43,328 bases of DNA, taken from assembly GCA_023269435.1 (NCBI GenBank), contig JAHFTJ010000001.1, forward strand, positions 1-43,328, read 5' to 3'. Shown here in pieces: positions 17,826 through 28,764 of the stretch. The position numbers and the translations under genes were made by a program. Position 1 is the first letter of the stretch; each line of letters begins with the position of its first letter. The DNA is from Chlamydiota bacterium (GTDB taxonomy: Bacteria; Chlamydiota; Chlamydiia; Chlamydiales; 2-12-FULL-49-11). A model generated the notes under the pieces. The model was not told where the DNA came from. It did no database searches and was given only the letters and a program-made list of their open reading frames with translations.

Positions 17826-20006
17826 TTATACATAATCTTTTTTTTGCGAAAAAAATGGTATTGTCTCTATTTTCTTCTTCCATGTTTTTATGTTTTCTAT
17901 TATTTTTTGTAAAAATTTTTGATGTTGATCTGAATTTGTAAATTTTAAAATGAAAGAGAGGCAACTAACATCATATATGTTTATATAAGAAGTGATTAAG
18001 CTAGATTGAGGTATCTCTAATTCCTCAATGCTTCCCTCTATTAACTCCTTTAGCGTAGGATTTGTTGAGCTTATTGTCATTAAAAAATTATCTTCTATTA
18101 TTTGCGTTTTTAAAAAATAACGATGGACATTGTAATTATATTCAATTGCTTCTAATATTATTAGAAATAATTTTTTTAAAATAAACGATTGCAATATACT
18201 CTGCATATACTTTGGTGTTAGAGAATAAAAAAAATTTTCTAATAAAAAATCATTACTTATATTTAATTGTAAAAGTAATTTTTTCAATTCATTAAATGCT
18301 TCACTTTGCTTTGATATCATGCCACCATTATAATCTCTCACCTCTCCAAATAACTCAGTTAACGTATTGTAAATAAACAGTCTCGCTTTGTTAAGATCAA
18401 CCGAAAAGTCCCTCCTTAAGAAATCTTTTTTTGAGATATGCAATTCAAATACATTTGCTTCTTTTGGGTGCTTATTCCTAAGTAAACCGGCGAATTTTAC
18501 TTCATGATCTGAAAATTTTATTTTTTTACATTTATGAAACAAATTTTTTAAATGTGTATTTTCTCTTTTTGATACTCTTAAGAGTATTACAGTAAAAGAA
18601 ATTAATGTATCAACTTGTTTATGAAATGTAATAATAACTTGAGGTATGTCTTTAACATATTTTAATTGCTTGCTAAGCACCAATATATTACGTAACACCT
18701 CCTCTTCGTTCCTAGACATAAATATTGGATTTACTACACTCTCTATCCCAATGTTAATTTCTCTAGGCAACCGTTTTCTTAAACTTTTAATGTCATCTTT
18801 AGAAAAATCGCCATTTGTTTTATACATTTCTAAATATATAATGCTAACATTGCTGTTGTTGCGAATGTCTATAATTGTTGAATTTGGCACTTTTTTTGCA
18901 TTTTGAATTATGTTTTTAATTGCATTTTCTATATTCTTTTCTCCAATTACTTCATTTTCTCTTAATAAATTTACTCCAATTAATACACTTAAAACATTTT
19001 TTGTTTGTTCTTCAATTTTAATTTTAGCATTAGATATTTTAATATTAACATGCCTTTTATTTGGATCGTCTAAAACAGCGTGTATTAATAATTTTTTAAA
19101 TAAATATTTATAAGCAATTATTCTTACCAAATGCTTTAATTCTCTATTAAAATTAAAATTATCCTTAAAAAGGAATAAAAAATTTTGTATTTCTAAAAAA
19201 ATGTCCCGCTCAAAGATCTGAGGTTTAAGTTCTAATAGCGGCGAGATATCCTCTCTTATTTTTAAAATTTTTTCTTCTGAATATATTTTTATGAAAAAGT
19301 TATGTATCTGATCAAAAATACTGTTATCTAAATTTTTTAGTGGACGATCTAACAATGACGTGATATTTTCCTGAATTATAATTTTTTTTTGCTGTGTTGT
19401 TAGAGATTTAATAGATATAATTTTTCTTGCATGTTGTACAGACAATATGTTTAATTTAATTTCATTTACTAGACTAGGAAGATGATTGTATACAAGCGAT
19501 TGTTCTTTTTGGCTTTCTGTTTGAATAAAGACCTCATGAAGTAAAAAATTACATTTATGAAAATTCACGAATTTAAACGTTATACTATGAACGTAAACTA
19601 ACGGCAATTGTTTGCCAGGAATTAACCAGCGACTGTATGTATCGCATAAAAACCTACCAACACCATGCATATTTTGCACTGGACACAACGTAGCTATAGA
19701 GATAGCATGTTGTTGGTTTGACGATTGGTTTGACCAAGTAAAAAATGGCACCCCTTCTGTTATTTTTTGATAAAATGTTTTTTTATTAATCTCATCATTT
19801 ATAGAAATAATTGATTTGCTTGCCTCTAAAATATCTTCAGGGATTATCCTATACAATGTATGCTTAAATGATTTTAAAGATAAGTCTAAACTGATTTTTG
19901 CTTCTTGCGGACATTCAAATAATGGGGAAATTTCCATTAATTGTTGCAACAAAATTATTTTTTGATTGTTAATCTGCTCGATGTCTATAGGAATTATAAT
20001 ATTCAT
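17826..20006 (-). CDS. Conserved hypothetical protein (726 aa)
   Basis: Long uninterrupted ORF co-oriented with oppA; no motif recognised with confidence. Confidence 0.8.
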   Translation of the reverse strand: MNIIIPIDIEQINNQKIILLQQLMEISPLFECPQEAKISLDLSLKSFKHTLYRIIPEDILEASKSIISINDEINKKTFYQKITEGVPFFTWSNQSSNQQHAISIATLCPVQNMHGVGRFLCDTYSRWLIPGKQLPLVYVHSITFKFVNFHKCNFLLHEVFIQTESQKEQSLVYNHLPSLVNEIKLNILSVQHARKIISIKSLTTQQKKIIIQENITSLLDRPLKNLDNSIFDQIHNFFIKIYSEEKILKIREDISPLLELKPQIFERDIFLEIQNFLFLFKDNFNFNRELKHLVRIIAYKYLFKKLLIHAVLDDPNKRHVNIKISNAKIKIEEQTKNVLSVLIGVNLLRENEVIGEKNIENAIKNIIQNAKKVPNSTIIDIRNNSNVSIIYLEMYKTNGDFSKDDIKSLRKRLPREINIGIESVVNPIFMSRNEEEVLRNILVLSKQLKYVKDIPQVIITFHKQVDTLISFTVILLRVSKRENTHLKNLFHKCKKIKFSDHEVKFAGLLRNKHPKEANVFELHISKKDFLRRDFSVDLNKARLFIYNTLTELFGEVRDYNGGMISKQSEAFNELKKLLLQLNISNDFLLENFFYSLTPKYMQSILQSFILKKLFLIILEAIEYNYNVHRYFLKTQIIEDNFLMTISSTNPTLKELIEGSIEELEIPQSSLITSYINIYDVSCLSFILKFTNSDQHQKFLQKIIENIKTWKKKIETIPFFSQKKDYV

Positions 20007-20031
20007 ATATAATAAAATTAATTACTTAAAA

Positions 20032-21666
20032 TTATTCGTTAATTGTTTTTTTCTTATTGCAATCACTAAACTCTATTGAGTTTAAGCAAAAAAATCCATT
20101 TTTATTTATTAGCAAATTTTTTACATACGGTTTTTGCATGTAAGCATTATTCCAATGGTATATTGCTGTTAATGGCATTTCATCTATTAACATTTGTTCA
20201 GCTTCATTTAGCACCTTAAATCGCAACTCTTTTTTAGAGCAAGTTATTGACCTATCTAATATTGCATTGTAATTTTTATTCTCATATCCTGGATAATTTT
20301 TTAGATTGTTTTTATTTGTAAATCGTTCAAAAAAATTCATTGGGTCTGGATATTGTGCAACCCAAATGCACTGAGCTAATTGGTAATCTTTTTTAGTAAG
20401 TTTGTCTAAAAATATTTTATATTCATGCCCTGTTAATTGAATATCTACGCCAAGTGATTTTTTCCATTGATCTTGTAAAGCTTGTGCAATTTTTGGATAT
20501 ATATCAGTTGATGCATATAACAATGTAATAGTGCCAAGTTCATCCTTAGTTATACCAAGTTCTTTTAAACCTTTCTCGAAGTACATCTTTGCTTTTTCTT
20601 TGTCGTTATCTTTAAAAAACGCATGCACTTGACTATTTGATAATGCTTGTGGAATTAGATTAGTCCCTATAGATTCACCCTTTTGAGTAATATTATCAAC
20701 AATTTCTTGTCTGTTTATTGCATAAGCAAAAGCCTTTCTGATATTTATATTCGTAAATGGAAAATTAGACATATTAAAACAACAAATTGTCGATGCCGGC
20801 ATGTGTGATGTTTTTATTTCCCCATTATTAATTAAATGTGGAATCGAATCTGGCGGAATTCCAGTGAAAGGGAGCCCAAGTATGTCTATCTCGCCTAGAT
20901 CAAACATGTTTAATACTGTTAATTCATTACCAACTATACTGAAATTAATTTTTTCTAATTTAACATTTTTACTATCCCAATAATATGGATTTTTTTCGAG
21001 TATAATTTCTCTTCCCTTTATATATTTAGAGAGACGATAAGGTCCGTTTGTCACTAAAACATTATTTCTGCTATCTGCCCAATTACTATTTGCAGAAGCT
21101 AACAATTGATTAATAGGTGAAAATAGAGAAAATGATATCATTTCTAAAAAAAATGGCGTTGGTCTTTCAAGGCAAATCTCTAATGTTTTGTAATCTATAG
21201 CTGTTAATCCAATTTCACTATCAGATACCTGTCCTAACTTTGCTCTTTCTGCATTTTTTATTGAATATAACATATGAACATTTGGGCATGGAAAATTTGG
21301 CTTCAACATGTCTTTCCATGTTTGAATAAAATCAAACGCTGTTATGTTAGATCCGTTTGACCATTTTGCATCTTTTAAATGAAACGTATATTTCGTCATA
21401 TCTTCAGATAATTCTACTTTTTCTGCTATAGCCAGCGAAATTTCATCACAGCATGCAGATACACGAACTAAACCTTCATACATTAAAAATAATAAAGTTG
21501 ATGATGCAAAATCTGAGCCCTTACGGGGGTCAAATGTTATTGGATCTTGAGTAATATTAAGATTTAACGTTATTTTGTTATTTTCTCTATTTTTTTTCCA
21601 ACAAGACGATACAATGCAAGATGTTAATATAATTGATAACAAACAAACTAAACGTATAATTTTCAT
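20032..21666 (-). CDS. oppA: Oligopeptide ABC transporter substrate-binding lipoprotein
   Basis: LTSC lipobox; DPITFDP, YEGLVR, YTFHLKDAKWSNG, NGPY, LEKNPYYWD, AYAINR. Confidence 0.93.
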   Translation of the reverse strand: MKIIRLVCLLSIILTSCIVSSCWKKNRENNKITLNLNITQDPITFDPRKGSDFASSTLLFLMYEGLVRVSACCDEISLAIAEKVELSEDMTKYTFHLKDAKWSNGSNITAFDFIQTWKDMLKPNFPCPNVHMLYSIKNAERAKLGQVSDSEIGLTAIDYKTLEICLERPTPFFLEMISFSLFSPINQLLASANSNWADSRNNVLVTNGPYRLSKYIKGREIILEKNPYYWDSKNVKLEKINFSIVGNELTVLNMFDLGEIDILGLPFTGIPPDSIPHLINNGEIKTSHMPASTICCFNMSNFPFTNINIRKAFAYAINRQEIVDNITQKGESIGTNLIPQALSNSQVHAFFKDNDKEKAKMYFEKGLKELGITKDELGTITLLYASTDIYPKIAQALQDQWKKSLGVDIQLTGHEYKIFLDKLTKKDYQLAQCIWVAQYPDPMNFFERFTNKNNLKNYPGYENKNYNAILDRSITCSKKELRFKVLNEAEQMLIDEMPLTAIYHWNNAYMQKPYVKNLLINKNGFFCLNSIEFSDCNKKKTINE

Positions 21667-21955
21667 ATTGAACTCTATATTTATTTTTTCTAGACAAATC
21701 AAGTCTATCAATATAAATAATATTTTGTAAATATAATTTTAAGATTATGTTTATAAATAAAATTTATAATTTAACATACTTACTATAAATGAGATAAAAA
21801 TTGAAAAATATTTTTATTAAATTTTTATTTATATTAATTCATTATTATTTATAATTAAGTTGTTTATAGATTATATATTAATAATTAACGAATATTAGTG
21901 ATAAAAACAATTTAATAATGATAGTTAAAATTAATACGATTCGTTGGAGTAAATT

Positions 21956-24049
21956 ATGGATGCAAGAGATTTTTTTGATAAAGTAAGCATTTTAGAAGCA
22001 GTTGACAATCTTTCTAGCATGTCTGAGCTAGACGTCGAAGAATTTGAACTTGCAAACGAGGCAAATGAAGGCAGCAAGTTAAAGTTAAGAACTAGCAGAT
22101 GGATACATCCAGATAACGAATTAAAAACAATCTCGTCTGTAAAAAATACATTTAAAGCAGTTCATAATTATTTAGAACACGTCTATGCTAAGGAAGCTAA
22201 CAATTTACAAGATGAAGATGTGCAAAAGGGTATTAAATCTATAATAACTCTGGCTACTGAAGCTGCTGATAAGATAGATAAATATTCCAAATTATTTAAT
22301 GAAAAAAAAAGTATCAAACAAACTAAGGAATTTCGTGATCTTATAGATTTTTATCATAATAAAATTTTAAAAAAATTTGAAGAGGTAATTCAAGAAGAAG
22401 AGTCATGGAGAGAAGAGCTGGCAATAAAGGAAGATGTAGCTGATATACAAAGAAGGGGGTTGAAAGACTTAGAGAGCGTAACGAGAGATAGGGATTATGA
22501 ATTATTTTTTATAAATAAAGAAGATGGATCATTATTTTATAATAAAAATTTAATACGGCATATACGGTTAGTTGCAGATTTTGACCAACTTATTAGCACA
22601 TTATCTGGAGACGATCCTCTATTAAAGATAAAAATAATTCAAGATCGTCAGTATCAAATGAAGGCAAACAATTTAAAAAATTTTATAAAAAAAGATTTAG
22701 ATAAATGGATTAATAATGCAGGTAAATACAGAGATGATCAATTTATATTTATACTTTACAAAGCTATAACGGCTCTATTTTTAGCAGCTAATCCGCACAA
22801 TCTTTTAATGAATACAACTGGAAAGTCATCTATTTCTTACTTTAATGATTTTAAGTTTTTTCTTAGAGAAAGCCTTAATAATGTTGATTACCAATATATT
22901 ATAAATAACTATCAAAATGATATAGATGTTTTTTACAAACATACATTAACATTACTCAATAACATTTGTTATTATATATATGTAAATGAGTTAGATAAAA
23001 GCTATCAGCTTGCATTTTTTGTTAGAATAATTCAAAAAAACGAATTGAAGCACAGCAAAAGCGCTAGATCGTCTATATCTTTTTGGAACGAAATTTTAGA
23101 CAATCATGAAATGCTTTACAATGAATTAAAAAAATACCCAAGCGGTCCACTATTTAAGATGTTGGATATATTATACGACACAAAGCAAAATGACTTCGAT
23201 CCATACTTACAAGATGATAACCCAAGCCAAGCATTCATTATACATGTTTACAATAAAAAAGTTAAACTTCTTGTTTCACCTTGTCCAACCGCTCAAAAAT
23301 TAATAAATAAAGCGAACATAATACCAGAATTTACAGGATTTATGAGAAGCATTATAGAAAGGGGAGAACGTGTATTAATTATAAATTTTCAAGATCGCAC
23401 TTCGTGGAAAGAATTTACTAGAAGTTTTACAATAGAAGAGTACCAGAAAAATGCAGAACTAACTAATAATCTATATGTTGTAACAATACCAAAACATACA
23501 GATTTTTATTTACAAAGCGACAACTACATTAAAGTTAGCGATGCTGAAGATTTTAAAAAAAATTTAATAAATCAAATTGACGGCAAAGAGGATTGCGGGT
23601 TCTGTTTTCCAAAAAAATTTAATCTTATTGATATACTTGATTATGTTAATTATTGCGTAGAGATGATTCATAAAGTTTTTTTCGATAAAAAAGAGATTCT
23701 ATCTAGGAAAAATAGATTAGATTTTATAGAGTTATTTTATCAATTTTTAATAAGTAAAATGTTGAAAATAAGCAAAGCTGATTATATAATATTTAGCGCA
23801 AAAGATACTATAGATATTCCATCTACTTCATCTGCAGCCTTTTATTCATTTATAAAATTGTTCAAAGGAGATTTAGAATGGAATGATATGGAAAAAGAGG
23901 CGGTTATAAGCTCTATATTTTTACCAGCATTGCTTATTCGAGAAAGGGCTGTAGATATAAGATATTTAAATCGTGAAATAAGCATGTTGTCATTAATAAG
24001 TAGTAAAATGGAAATAGACAAAGATAACACAATTAAGTATTTTACATGA
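21956..24049 (+). CDS. Conserved chlamydial hypothetical protein (697 aa), possible degenerate phosphatase fold at C-terminus
   Basis: GGAG RBS; long ORF; DYELF, QDRTSWKE and FSAKDTID segments. Confidence 0.8.
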   Translation: MDARDFFDKVSILEAVDNLSSMSELDVEEFELANEANEGSKLKLRTSRWIHPDNELKTISSVKNTFKAVHNYLEHVYAKEANNLQDEDVQKGIKSIITLATEAADKIDKYSKLFNEKKSIKQTKEFRDLIDFYHNKILKKFEEVIQEEESWREELAIKEDVADIQRRGLKDLESVTRDRDYELFFINKEDGSLFYNKNLIRHIRLVADFDQLISTLSGDDPLLKIKIIQDRQYQMKANNLKNFIKKDLDKWINNAGKYRDDQFIFILYKAITALFLAANPHNLLMNTTGKSSISYFNDFKFFLRESLNNVDYQYIINNYQNDIDVFYKHTLTLLNNICYYIYVNELDKSYQLAFFVRIIQKNELKHSKSARSSISFWNEILDNHEMLYNELKKYPSGPLFKMLDILYDTKQNDFDPYLQDDNPSQAFIIHVYNKKVKLLVSPCPTAQKLINKANIIPEFTGFMRSIIERGERVLIINFQDRTSWKEFTRSFTIEEYQKNAELTNNLYVVTIPKHTDFYLQSDNYIKVSDAEDFKKNLINQIDGKEDCGFCFPKKFNLIDILDYVNYCVEMIHKVFFDKKEILSRKNRLDFIELFYQFLISKMLKISKADYIIFSAKDTIDIPSTSSAAFYSFIKLFKGDLEWNDMEKEAVISSIFLPALLIRERAVDIRYLNREISMLSLISSKMEIDKDNTIKYFT

Positions 24050-24067
24050 TAACGCCATTATAGTGAA

Positions 24068-25252
24068 TTAATTATGTTGTATTCTAATTTGATTAATTTC
24101 TTCGTTATATAATTCTATTCGTTGCTGTAGATCACTTAATTGTTGCATCAAATACGTGAAATCTCCTCTAAATTTTTTATTGTTCGCTAAGTCTTCTAAA
24201 CTAAATCTATTAGAAAGTCTATTCATTCTAGATAACGTAGTATTAATTTGATTCATTTCCATATTCATGTACATTTGAAATGCTTTTGGATCTCGTATCC
24301 TATTTGCCTCAACCATAAGTTTTACACGTCGTCTTTGCCACTCTTTGTTATATTGAAACATTACGCCATATTGATTTATGTCGTCAAATACTGTATTCGC
24401 TTTTGTCATTAATGCTTGTATTTGCATATACAACCCATTTTCTTCAATTATTTGTCCTAGAGTTCCCTTTCCAAGATTTATTTTCGATGTAATGCTTTCA
24501 ACGTTTTTAAATGTTTTTGATATATTTGAAAATAAAGCGCGCTCTTTTATTTCGTATATTATTTGATCTATTTGTTTAAATGAAGATGCAATATTGTCTG
24601 TCATCTGTTTTGTAGAGTCGACAATATTTTGTTCATTTATTTCTTTTACCATTATTCCTAATTCAGTGATAGTTTTGTCAAAAGATTTAATTGCAGACCC
24701 TAATGAATCTCCATAATCGCTTACCCATAAAATTAATTTATCAACGGCGTCTCCTATTTTTACAGATAAAATCGATACTTTACTCATCGTATTATCTAAT
24801 AGGTCGTTAGAATCTGCATATATTATGTCTTTTGATGTTACTATTGTTGTTTTTTTACCAATTGTGATTTGTTTTGGTATTATTGACACATATTTTTCAC
24901 CTAACAATCCCTGAGTTTGTACATTAATAGTATCGGTAGAATATATTATATAACTAGAATCTATTTGCAACAGTAGAACATAAGGATAGACTATTCCAGA
25001 ATGATCTATTGATTTATAGCGTGCTTGCATAATTTGCTTTATATCAGAAACTTCTCCGATTGCTTTCCCTGCATACGTAACTCTAGTGCCTATGTTTATC
25101 CCATTAATATTACTAAAATATACTTTTAAAATTTGCTTGCCATCGCCAATGCTAGGTTTTATAAATAATATTATTGCTACCATTATGAATAGTGCAATTA
25201 TAACAAATAACCCTATCAACATATTTTTGCTTTGATTAATTAATGTCGTCAT
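24068..25252 (-). CDS. mlaD: MCE/MlaD family protein
   Basis: N-terminal TM helix; GTRVTYAGKAIGEV, GLLGEKYVSI; helical tail. Confidence 0.9.
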   Translation of the reverse strand: MTTLINQSKNMLIGLFVIIALFIMVAIILFIKPSIGDGKQILKVYFSNINGINIGTRVTYAGKAIGEVSDIKQIMQARYKSIDHSGIVYPYVLLLQIDSSYIIYSTDTINVQTQGLLGEKYVSIIPKQITIGKKTTIVTSKDIIYADSNDLLDNTMSKVSILSVKIGDAVDKLILWVSDYGDSLGSAIKSFDKTITELGIMVKEINEQNIVDSTKQMTDNIASSFKQIDQIIYEIKERALFSNISKTFKNVESITSKINLGKGTLGQIIEENGLYMQIQALMTKANTVFDDINQYGVMFQYNKEWQRRRVKLMVEANRIRDPKAFQMYMNMEMNQINTTLSRMNRLSNRFSLEDLANNKKFRGDFTYLMQQLSDLQQRIELYNEEINQIRIQHN

Positions 25253-26028
25253 ATTTTCCTATCATTAAATACGATATTATCAATATTTCCACCAATAATT
25301 TTATTAAAAGATCGTATAGTTTGATTATCATTTGACATAAATTTTTTAGGCGAATCTATCACTTGTATTATTCCATTTTCTAATAATGCAATTCTGTCGG
25401 CAATATTTATAGTCGTGTATATATCATGAGAGACAACTACGGTAGTACCATTTAATCTCTTATGTTGTTCCAAAATAAGATTTCCAATAGTCATGGCAGT
25501 TACAGGATCCAATCCTGTTGTTGGTTCATCATATAATGTATATTTTGGTTGATATATTACACTCCGTGCAATTGAAGCTCTTTTTTTCATTCCACCAGAT
25601 AGGCTAGATGGATATAAATCTTCAGTCCCTTCTAACCCTACACTTTTTAACGCATCTTTTACTGCTTTTTTAATGCCTGATTTTGGAAAAAATTTACCTC
25701 CACATAGTTTATGCTCTACTAAATAGAATGCTATATTTTCACCAACAGAGAGTGAATCAAACAATGCGCCGCCTTGAAATATCATCCCAAATGATTTTAA
25801 TACTTTAAAATATGCTCTCCCACAAAGCTTACCCATATCATGTTCGTCTACAAACACAGACCCGCTATTTGGTTTGAGCAAGCCTATGATATGTTTTAAC
25901 AACACGCTTTTGCCAGACCCAGATTTTCCAAGTATAACTACTATTTCGCCATCATTAATTTCAAGATTTAAATTTTTCAACACATTGTTGTTTTCAAACG
26001 ATTTGCAAAGATCTTTAATACGTATCAA
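25249..26028 (-). CDS. mlaF: MlaF-type ABC ATPase
   Basis: GKSGSGKS, FQGGALFDSL, LSGGMKKR, YDEPTTGLDP. Confidence 0.93.
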   Translation of the reverse strand: MIRIKDLCKSFENNNVLKNLNLEINDGEIVVILGKSGSGKSVLLKHIIGLLKPNSGSVFVDEHDMGKLCGRAYFKVLKSFGMIFQGGALFDSLSVGENIAFYLVEHKLCGGKFFPKSGIKKAVKDALKSVGLEGTEDLYPSSLSGGMKKRASIARSVIYQPKYTLYDEPTTGLDPVTAMTIGNLILEQHKRLNGTTVVVSHDIYTTINIADRIALLENGIIQVIDSPKKFMSNDNQTIRSFNKIIGGNIDNIVFNDRKI

Positions 26029-26029
26029 T

Positions 26030-26812
26030 TTACAAACCCCCTATTTTTTCACGCAACACATTTAATGATAATGTGATAATGAAATTAATTATTAAAATTA
26101 ATACATATGATATTACAACAGCTTTAGTTGTAGATGCCCCAACATCTGCAGCTCCACCACTTGTGGTTATGCCTCTGTAGCAGCAAATTGTCGTAATTAA
26201 AATTCCAAATATTATAGATTTTATAAACCCAGTCCAAAAATCAAAAGGTTTTACATATGTAGGAATTGGATCCCAAAATGTAGTAGGGGACATGTTAAAA
26301 AAATAAACAGATAAAAGATAGCCACCTATCACACCCATTACAACACTATACACCGTAAGAAATGGAAACATTAACGATCCGCTTATTAGTCTAGGTGCCA
26401 CCAAATAACGATAAGGATCTACAGACATTGATATCATAGCATCCACTTGCTCTGTAACCTTCATGGTTGCTAACTCAGCAGTCATAGAAGCTCCAACTCG
26501 ACCAACAAACATAAATGCTGTCAAGACAGGTCCTAATTCTGTAAGCATAGCCTCAGCAACCATTAAGCCTGTAACACCAGCCAACCCTTTATCATATAAT
26601 TGATAGTAAGATTGTGCTGCTAATACTAAGCCAGTACTAAAGCCAGTTAAAGTAACAACACCTATTGACAATACCCCTATAGAATAGAGCTGATCGCGAA
26701 TTAAACTCCATCTTGGTAAACTGTAGAAAATACTTAAAAATGAATAAGCTACAAACGATATATAATCACCAATTGTAGCTAGAAATTTAAATTGACTTAA
26801 TAAATATTGCAT
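26030..26812 (-). CDS. mlaE: MlaE-type permease
   Basis: ELGPVLTA, GRVGASMTAELATMKVTEQVDA, GGAADVGASTT. Confidence 0.94.
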   Translation of the reverse strand: MQYLLSQFKFLATIGDYISFVAYSFLSIFYSLPRWSLIRDQLYSIGVLSIGVVTLTGFSTGLVLAAQSYYQLYDKGLAGVTGLMVAEAMLTELGPVLTAFMFVGRVGASMTAELATMKVTEQVDAMISMSVDPYRYLVAPRLISGSLMFPFLTVYSVVMGVIGGYLLSVYFFNMSPTTFWDPIPTYVKPFDFWTGFIKSIIFGILITTICCYRGITTSGGAADVGASTTKAVVISYVLILIINFIITLSLNVLREKIGGL

Positions 26813-26871
26813 GTTTAAGATCCTAAATCGGATATTAAATATTTATTTAAAATTATGCAAGAAATGCTTTC

Positions 26872-27369
26872 TTATCTATTGAAAATAGACACATTTCCTC
26901 TATTTGATTTTTCCATAGCAGAATCGATCATTTGATTTATTTCTTGTATAAGTCTTTTAATTTCATCTTCTCTTTTAGTGTCTTCAGATAAATGATCTCT
27001 TAATTTTTCAAGACTTCCTTGCAAGAGAGTCATTTCACTTTCGCTAAATTTAGTTGCTACTCCGGAACTCTGAGAAATAAATTCTCCAATTGAGGATAGC
27101 GCCTTACCTGTTACTGAGGGTACTATCTCACCTGTATTTAATTGTTGATTGAAACCACACGAGCCTATTTTTAGAACAGAACCTATTAACCCTATAGTAT
27201 GTTCCCATGCCTGCATATTATGTAAATTTGACATTTTTTTATATACACCATCCAAGTATTTTATATCATCATTTCGTAATTCTCTCGAAGAGATTTTTTG
27301 CAATCTTAAGCTTTCACTTATGTTGATACGCATGCGTTGAAAATTATTTTCGACATTTTTAATATCCAT
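26872..27369 (-). CDS. Putative T3SS translocator-associated protein (short, CopD2 position)
   Basis: Last gene of the SycD operon; Gly/Ser-rich amphipathic segments and C-terminal coiled coil. Confidence 0.5.
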   Translation of the reverse strand: MDIKNVENNFQRMRINISESLRLQKISSRELRNDDIKYLDGVYKKMSNLHNMQAWEHTIGLIGSVLKIGSCGFNQQLNTGEIVPSVTGKALSSIGEFISQSSGVATKFSESEMTLLQGSLEKLRDHLSEDTKREDEIKRLIQEINQMIDSAMEKSNRGNVSIFNR

Positions 27370-27383
27370 TTATTTATATTCTC

Positions 27384-28319
27384 CTATACGGTTGACCTAG
27401 AGATGGCATTAATTCTTGTTATTTCACCCTCTCTTTTTATTAAAATTTCAGCACATGTAGTTATGTGATTAGATATTTCTTCGTTTAAAAAATCTACACT
27501 TTTTACTAATGTTTGTATGTTTATTTTTTTTTGTTCAAATGACGAATTTGTAAGATCATTTGAAGATTTTAAATTTGATATTTCTATCATGTAAGAGTGT
27601 TTAGCTACCTCAGATAAATTATTAACAATCGTTATTGCTGTTATTAAAATTTTTCCTGTTAATTCTCTTATAGAAAATGACGCAAATCCTATAATACCGG
27701 CTACCATGCTAATAATGTTTAAAATCGACACTACTCTTGTGTCAGATTTCATTGAAGATAACATAATTCCTAATATGGACGCCGACCCAGACAACACAAG
27801 GGCGCCACCGCCAATTGCTGCGTATACGGAAACAGCTCCTGCTATAAACGCTCCGCCAACGGCTATAGAAACAACCGATAATACACAAGTTGTAATTTTT
27901 TTTAAAACATCAAAAAAATCACACCATTTGTTTAAATTAACAAGATCTCTATTTTGATCTATTTTTTTTTGCATATCATTTTTATAATCATTTCGTACAC
28001 TTTGTATTAGGTCATCTGACATATTTAGAAATGTTGATTGTATTAACGATAAAGTATTAATTATATTAAATAGATTTTCTGCAAAAATATTTTTGCAAGG
28101 AATATCTAACGACCATAATTTTGATCCATCAAATTCAATTTGTTCTTTTGATTTTGTATAATCACTATCAATTATAGTATCTTGTATTGTGTTTTGTATT
28201 GTGTTTTGTATTGTGTTTTGTTTTTTTTTTAAAATTGTAGAAGACGTTAAATCGATCGGTAAATTAACTTCAAAATATCCGTCGTGGCTCATTACATTTG
28301 ATTGATCTATTTTATTCAT
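27384..28319 (-). CDS. Putative T3SS translocator (CopB2/SctE-like)
   Basis: Follows the SycD chaperone; long Gly/Ala-rich hydrophobic segments flanked by coiled coils. Confidence 0.65.
   Translation of the reverse strand: MNKIDQSNVMSHDGYFEVNLPIDLTSSTILKKKQNTIQNTIQNTIQDTIIDSDYTKSKEQIEFDGSKLWSLDIPCKNIFAENLFNIINTLSLIQSTFLNMSDDLIQSVRNDYKNDMQKKIDQNRDLVNLNKWCDFFDVLKKITTCVLSVVSIAVGGAFIAGAVSVYAAIGGGALVLSGSASILGIMLSSMKSDTRVVSILNIISMVAGIIGFASFSIRELTGKILITAITIVNNLSEVAKHSYMIEISNLKSSNDLTNSSFEQKKINIQTLVKSVDFLNEEISNHITTCAEILIKREGEITRINAISRSTV
28182..28230. repeat. 3x 12-bp tandem repeat (TTGTATTGTGTT) next to a T10 run
   Basis: Encodes KKKQNTIQNTIQNTIQ in the putative translocator. Confidence 0.9.
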
Positions 28320-28764
28320 TTATTTTCCATTTTTTTTTCAACGCAAATATTTTACCTTGAAATATTTTTTCATTATCGAAATGTTCTGCAGCTGTTAATG
28401 CTCTAACACCTCCATCTACATCGTGTAATAAAAACAAACACTCTGCTGCGTGAAAATGCGGCAACGGATTGTGTTCGTCTATAAAACAACAGACGCTCCA
28501 TGAGGTTAAAGAATCTTTATACCTTTTCTGCATTTGCAAAGAAGCGGCTAGACCAACCCAATATTTAAATTCTAATTGCTTGGCCACGACAAGTATATGA
28601 AATATTTCTCCCCCTTTAGCGTATTCTTCATTTTGATAAAGATTAAACCCAAGTTCGTATAGAAGTACCACATCCTCCTCTGTAACATTTCTATTCACAA
28701 TTCCGCCATCATCAAGTAGATTTTTTTCAATATCTTCTAAAATTTTTTGCATAAATAGAATCAC
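28312..28764 (-). CDS. SycD/LcrH class II T3SS chaperone (Scc3-like)
   Basis: TPR motifs LYELGFNLYQ, YWVGLAASLQMQ, NPLPHFHAAECL. Confidence 0.9.
   Translation of the reverse strand: MILFMQKILEDIEKNLLDDGGIVNRNVTEEDVVLLYELGFNLYQNEEYAKGGEIFHILVVAKQLEFKYWVGLAASLQMQKRYKDSLTSWSVCCFIDEHNPLPHFHAAECLFLLHDVDGGVRALTAAEHFDNEKIFQGKIFALKKKWKINE

Noticed and set aside
21712-21955. Extremely AT-rich spacer as replication origin
   Set aside because: No DnaA boxes (TTATCCACA-like) seen; explained as a divergent promoter region.
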